A stretch of DNA of 64,000 nucleotides, taken from assembly GCA_020353515.1 (NCBI GenBank), contig CP070695.1, forward strand, positions 2,674,155 to 2,738,154, given 5' to 3'. Position numbers and translations under genes: made by a program. This stretch comes from Candidatus Heimdallarchaeota archaeon (GTDB lineage Archaea > Asgardarchaeota > Heimdallarchaeia > Hodarchaeales > Hodarchaeaceae). The notes under the pieces were generated by a model. The model did no database searches. It had not been told where the DNA came from and saw only the letters and a list, made by a program, of their open reading frames with translations. Below are positions 59,094-64,000 of the stretch, piece by piece; the stretch's first letter is position 1; every line of letters starts with the position of its first letter.

Positions 59094-60179
59094 ATGACTC
59101 CCGATATTCTTGCCGAAGAACAGCTAAAATTAGAGTTAATCCGAGTTCTATCAAAATTTTTTTTGACCCAGATTGAAGAATTAGTAAGAAACCAGACGGG
59201 AGCTTTTTTTCCTGTAGAAAAAATTGAAAATGTGTCGTTAGGAAAGAGATTGGGGAGGCGAAAGGAGCTCCAATTAATGACCGTAGAAGTTGTAGATTCG
59301 TTACAAAATCGAAGGTACGATGTTGACCTTGCTTTCAAATTTCTTCCAGATCCTGAAACGGCAGCAGATGAAGGAAATGGGGCTATGTGGTTAGGGGAAG
59401 TGTTAAAAAATAATGTAAAAGTTCAAACTCCTCAGCTTTTGCATTTTTCTCACGCAAATTCTTTATTAATATATGAAGGTCTTAGAGAACCTCGTGAATT
59501 CTTTGATAGTAAACTTGATCAACCACAAAAGTTCTTTTTAGCAGGAATGGCACTACCATATATTCATGGGATCTTTAAACATAAAGTGGTTGTTGATAGA
59601 TATTTACACTTAATTTCTGGTGTTGTTAAAGGTTTAAATATAGCTTCTGGGGACAAGGATGAGCTTTTTTCGCTTTTTAAAAAAGAATTTCGTCGTATTG
59701 GATTAAGCGATGCTGGTGCAAATTGTTTTGGTGATTATCATCCAGGAAATATAATGTTTAAAGAGCAAGAATCATCAACAAGTAATACTGGAGATCTGAA
59801 AATCGATAGAACGGAAATTTTTCTGATAGATCCTGCATATTTAGATAGAGGGGGAAATGTCGATCGAGCAGAGGATATTGGTACTTTTTTTTCCAAATTC
59901 GCATATAATGATTATTTTCTTACTCAATCGTTTGATAAAACTCTATCTGATTTTGAACTCATCTGTAAAGGATATGATTACACGATCTTTCAAAATGGGA
60001 TCACCTTAGAGGAATTTTATCCTGAAGGTACCACTTTTGACTTTCATATCGCCCTTGGAATATTAATCGATACGATGTTTAAGATGAGAAATCCAAAGTT
60101 CATTAATCCCCAAGCTCGGCTTAACACAAGTTTCGAGGCAGTGTCCTATATCTTGAAAAAACATCCTTTTGAGATCTAA
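59094..60179 (+). CDS. Phosphotransferase/kinase-like (APH/choline kinase fold) protein
   Basis: LAFKF, GDYHPGNIMF, FLIDP, AEDIGTFF. Confidence 0.65.
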   Translation: MTPDILAEEQLKLELIRVLSKFFLTQIEELVRNQTGAFFPVEKIENVSLGKRLGRRKELQLMTVEVVDSLQNRRYDVDLAFKFLPDPETAADEGNGAMWLGEVLKNNVKVQTPQLLHFSHANSLLIYEGLREPREFFDSKLDQPQKFFLAGMALPYIHGIFKHKVVVDRYLHLISGVVKGLNIASGDKDELFSLFKKEFRRIGLSDAGANCFGDYHPGNIMFKEQESSTSNTGDLKIDRTEIFLIDPAYLDRGGNVDRAEDIGTFFSKFAYNDYFLTQSFDKTLSDFELICKGYDYTIFQNGITLEEFYPEGTTFDFHIALGILIDTMFKMRNPKFINPQARLNTSFEAVSYILKKHPFEI

Positions 60180-60544
60180 AAATTAAAATACAGAAGTAAA
60201 TATTTCAATTTTGAAAATGGCCTTGCAATTATATAGGAGGAGATAAAAAACAAGATAAAAGTTGTATTCAGCTATTTTGTTCAACTGATAGAGAATCTGA
60301 GCATGAAGTAATATTAGATTTAAATTCTTGCTAATTTCCTTTTAATTGCCTTTCTCGATGAGCTCACCTAATGTACGCTAAGGGAAAAAAAAACAGTTAT
60401 AATTACTGGCTTTTAAACAGTTCTTCCACTGGATTTCGCTTTAAAAGGTTACTAGTTTGCATTTAGATGGATTTAAAGAGAATTAATCCAATCCTACAAT
60501 TATATTAGCTTTTTCAAAAGGAGACAGAAGAAGGGGTTTTCATC

Positions 60545-63500
60545 ATGGAACAAATTACTAATGATGATAAATGGAAAGTCCTTAAATCAATGTATAATGA
60601 ATTTGGCCTTGTAAGACAGCACCTATATTCCTTTAACGAATTTGTAGAGACAAAATTGAATGAAATTGTTCAAGAACGGCCAAAAATCGAACCTGATATC
60701 GAGGGTTTTTATGTTAAATTGGAAGGAATTGATGTTGGAGAACCCTCAGTAAGAGAAGCTGATGGCTCAGAGCGTACTATATACCCTATGGAAGCTCGTA
60801 TAAGGAACCTAATTTACTCAGCTCCTTTAAATTTAAAAATGAGACCAGTATATGTAGATGCAGGCATTGAAAGGGAGGAAGAGGTTGTAACAGCCTACAT
60901 TGGTCGATTACCTATTATGTTAAAATCAAAATCCTGCTTATTATATAATCTAGGTCGCGATGAACTAACAAGATTGGGAGAGGATCCAGAGGATCCTGGA
61001 GGGTATTTCATCATTAACGGCTCTGAACGAGTAATTGTAACTCAAGAATACTTAGTTTCAAACAGAGTATTAGTTGACCAAGGACGTAAAGGTTCTTCTA
61101 CAACAGCAGTAGCAAAAGTATTTAGTACAGTTGCAGGTTTTCGTTCTTTGGTTTCCGTTCAACGTCGAAAAGATGGGAGATTATTAGTCAATTTTTTTAG
61201 TGTTCCAAGACCATTACCACTCACAGTTCTCATTAAAGCCTTAGGCGTAACTGTAGATCGAGATATCGCCAATTTAGTTACAGATGACCCTGAACTAATT
61301 CAAGAGTTATTACCAACTCTTCGTGAGGCTGCAGAGATAGTAGATCAAGAAGAAGCTTTAGATTTCATTGGGAAAAGAGTTGCTGTTGGTCAGACAAGAC
61401 AATATCGAATTTTACGGGCAAAACAGGTGTTAGATAACTACTTATTACCTCATGTAGGGAAGGATGAAAGTTTTCGACATCAAAAGGCTCTTTATCTTGC
61501 ACAAATGGCATTAAAAGTAATTGAACTTAACCTTGGACGTATTGAACAAGATGATAAAGATCATTACGCCAATAAACGACTTAAATTGGCTGGGGAGATG
61601 CTTACAAGTCTATTTAGGGTTGCTTTCCATTCATTATACCGAGACATTAAATATCAATTAGAAAAAGGAGCAAGAAGAGGCAAATTACCTAACTTAAGGG
61701 TTGCAATGAGAGCTGATGTTATTACTGAACGAATTCGACATGCTCTTGCTACAGGAAACTGGGTAGGAGGTAAAGCTGGAGTTTCACAGTTATTGGACCG
61801 CACAAACTACATGTCGACTTACAGCCATCTTCGCCGTGTTATAAGTCCATTAATTCGTAGTCAAGCCCATTTTGAGGCACGAGATCTACATGCAACTCAT
61901 TGGGGAAAAATTTGTCCTAACGAGACCCCAGAGGGGCCAAACTGTGGATTAGTCAAAAACCTCGCTATGCAAGCCTATATATCTATTGGGACACCTGAAC
62001 AACCCGTTCGTGATTTTATTTTTCAAAATTGCTCTGTAAAACCTGTTACAGAGGCTATAGATCATCAGGGAGTTCATATTCTTCTTAATGGGAACCTAAT
62101 TGCTACAACACGAGATCCTGAGGAAACTTTTAATTTAATTCGTGAAGCAAGAAGATCCTCTAAACTTTTTCATGAAATTAACCTTGCTTATTTTGAAGAA
62201 AACCGTGTCATTTCGATTAATACTGATGGAGGTCGAGTCCGAAGACCACTTATCATTCTAGATCATGAACTAGATGGTTCAAAAAGAGTTGCCAAACCTC
62301 GGTTAAACCTGATTCATGTTGAAAAACTGAGTAAAGGAGACATTAAGTTTTCTGATCTTCTTAAGGAAGGGATTATAGAATTTCTCGATGCAGAAGAAGA
62401 AGAAAATGCGTTTATTGCAATGACATTAGAAGAAATTCAACCAGAACATACTCATGTAGAAATTTCCCCCTCTGCAATACTCGGAATTTGTGCGTCCATT
62501 ATTCCGTATGCTGAACACAATCAATCACCTCGTAATACATATGAAGCTGGCATGACAAAGCAAGCTTTGGGATTATATGCTTCGAATTTTTATTTTCGTA
62601 CAGACAGGCGTTCACACATCTTACAAGCGCCCCAAATTCCATTAGTTGGTAGTAAATCTATGGACATTATTGGATTTAATGATCGGCCGGCAGGCCAAAA
62701 TTTTGTAGTAGCTATTTTGAGCTTTCAGGGGTACAATATTGAAGACGCAATTATTTTGAATCGGGCTAGTGTTGAAAGGGGCCTCGCCCGTAGTCATTTT
62801 TTTCGATCATACGTTGGCGAAGAGAAGAAATATCTTGGAGGACAAGAGGATCGGTTTGAGATTCCACAAAAAGGAGTACGAGGATATAGAGCAAAAGAAG
62901 TGTATCGCCATCTTAGTGAAGTTGATGGAATTATTGAACCAGAAATTGAAGTGGGTGGAGGCGATATTTTAGTAGGTCGCACATCACGACCTAGATTTCT
63001 GGAGGAATACATTGAACTAGAATCCTTAGAGTCATCAACACCTCAACGACGTGAAACAAGTCTCGCAATTCGTCATGGAGAAAAAGGAATAGTAGATGGT
63101 GTAATATTAACGGAAACATCTGAGGGGAGTACTTTAGTGAAAATAAAAGTAAGAGATCAGCGAACACCTGAATTAGGAGATAAATTCGCTTCTCGTCATG
63201 GGCAAAAAGGAATCATTGGACACATAGTACCTCAAAGGGACATGCCCTTTACTGAAAATGGAATAGTACCTGATCTTATCATAAATCCACATGCAATTCC
63301 AAGTCGAATGACATTAGGGCAAATTATCGAGTGTATGAGTGCGATTGTTGCTTGTTATGATGGAGAACAGATCGACGCCACTTTGTTTGAAGCCCCAGAT
63401 CCCGAAGATATAGCTAGTAGACTGCGTAGCTTAGGTTTTCATCCTTACGCCGAATCAGTAATGTATGATGGAATGACTGGACAGAAACTTCCTGCACGAA

Positions 63501-63919
63501 TTTTTATCGGCCCAACATATTATCAAAAATTACATCATCTTGTTGCAGACAAAATTCATGCACGAGCTAGAGGACCTATCCAAATATTAACTCGACAACC
63601 TACAGAGGGTAGAGCTCGAGAAGGGGGTTTACGATTTGGTGAAATGGAACGTGATTGCTTAATTGGTCATGGTGCAGCTCTTTTATTAAAAGAAAGATTA
63701 TTAGAAGAATCTGACAAAACAGAGATCTTCATTTGTGAAAAGTGTGGATTAATAGCAACTTGGGATCGTAAGAAAGACCAAACATATTGTAATGTCTGTG
63801 GAAACGTTGATACAGGCATTTTTAAGGTTGCAATTTCTTATGCATTCAAATTACTTCTTCAAGAGCTAATGTCTCTTACTATCAAACCCCAACTCATCTT
63901 AACTGATTCAACTCACTAA
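60545..63919 (+). CDS. rpoB: DNA-directed RNA polymerase subunit B (unsplit Rpo2)
   Basis: GGYFIINGSERV, ETPEGPNCGLVKN, GDKFASRHGQKG, GGLRFGEMERD. Confidence 0.98.
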   Translation: MEQITNDDKWKVLKSMYNEFGLVRQHLYSFNEFVETKLNEIVQERPKIEPDIEGFYVKLEGIDVGEPSVREADGSERTIYPMEARIRNLIYSAPLNLKMRPVYVDAGIEREEEVVTAYIGRLPIMLKSKSCLLYNLGRDELTRLGEDPEDPGGYFIINGSERVIVTQEYLVSNRVLVDQGRKGSSTTAVAKVFSTVAGFRSLVSVQRRKDGRLLVNFFSVPRPLPLTVLIKALGVTVDRDIANLVTDDPELIQELLPTLREAAEIVDQEEALDFIGKRVAVGQTRQYRILRAKQVLDNYLLPHVGKDESFRHQKALYLAQMALKVIELNLGRIEQDDKDHYANKRLKLAGEMLTSLFRVAFHSLYRDIKYQLEKGARRGKLPNLRVAMRADVITERIRHALATGNWVGGKAGVSQLLDRTNYMSTYSHLRRVISPLIRSQAHFEARDLHATHWGKICPNETPEGPNCGLVKNLAMQAYISIGTPEQPVRDFIFQNCSVKPVTEAIDHQGVHILLNGNLIATTRDPEETFNLIREARRSSKLFHEINLAYFEENRVISINTDGGRVRRPLIILDHELDGSKRVAKPRLNLIHVEKLSKGDIKFSDLLKEGIIEFLDAEEEENAFIAMTLEEIQPEHTHVEISPSAILGICASIIPYAEHNQSPRNTYEAGMTKQALGLYASNFYFRTDRRSHILQAPQIPLVGSKSMDIIGFNDRPAGQNFVVAILSFQGYNIEDAIILNRASVERGLARSHFFRSYVGEEKKYLGGQEDRFEIPQKGVRGYRAKEVYRHLSEVDGIIEPEIEVGGGDILVGRTSRPRFLEEYIELESLESSTPQRRETSLAIRHGEKGIVDGVILTETSEGSTLVKIKVRDQRTPELGDKFASRHGQKGIIGHIVPQRDMPFTENGIVPDLIINPHAIPSRMTLGQIIECMSAIVACYDGEQIDATLFEAPDPEDIASRLRSLGFHPYAESVMYDGMTGQKLPARIFIGPTYYQKLHHLVADKIHARARGPIQILTRQPTEGRAREGGLRFGEMERDCLIGHGAALLLKERLLEESDKTEIFICEKCGLIATWDRKKDQTYCNVCGNVDTGIFKVAISYAFKLLLQELMSLTIKPQLILTDSTH

Positions 63920-63933
63920 ATAAAGTGGAAAAA

Positions 63934-64000
63934 ATGTCATTAGATAGTAGTAGAATAGGAACAGCAAGTTTCTATAAAAGAGCAATTCGAATTTTGAAGC
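63934..64000 (+). CDS. Start of next ORF, possibly rpoA1 by position (truncated)
   Basis: ATG 15 nt after the rpoB stop, MSLDSSRIGTASF...; too short to confirm. Confidence 0.3.
   Translation, partial: MSLDSSRIGTASFYKRAIRILK

Noticed and set aside
58666-59338. 68-aa and 139-aa minus-strand ORFs upstream of valS
   Set aside because: No motifs; the longer one is antisense to the kinase-like gene.
1-64000. CRISPR arrays, rRNA genes, transposases/integrases
   Set aside because: No regularly spaced repeats, rRNA-like GC-rich tracts or DDE/tyrosine recombinase motifs were seen.

Overview
Low-GC archaeal chromosomal segment of mostly housekeeping genes. It is probably from an Asgard-type (Heimdall/Hodarchaeal-like) archaeon, inferred from the unsplit Rpo2, a presenilin with eukaryote-like motif context, an STT3-type AglB and a longin-like ORF; no phylogeny was run. 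It holds about 55 CDS for translation, RNA modification, lipid head-group synthesis, MutS/MutL repair, Cdc6, PolD small subunit, AglB, ValRS and RpoB. It also holds 11 tRNA genes, read manually. Highlights: (1) the MoxR-type AAA+ gene ends on a -1 slippery heptamer (T TTT TTA) followed by an 8-nt spacer and a 7-bp hairpin, which would fuse it to the downstream vWA ORF; (2) 9 of the 11 tRNAs are interrupted by 18 BHB/BHL introns, 10 at non-canonical sites, including a 4-intron tRNA-Met and a 3-intron tRNA-Phe; (3) an AcpS-FkbH-ACP cassette with VOC, acyltransferase and deacetylase genes lies next to aglB, which is unusual because archaea generally lack ACP; (4) a candidate replication origin has inverted ORB boxes, and three winged-helix genes plus a Cys/His protein gene lie within it or between it and cdc6. 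No CRISPR array, rRNA or recognisable transposase was seen.
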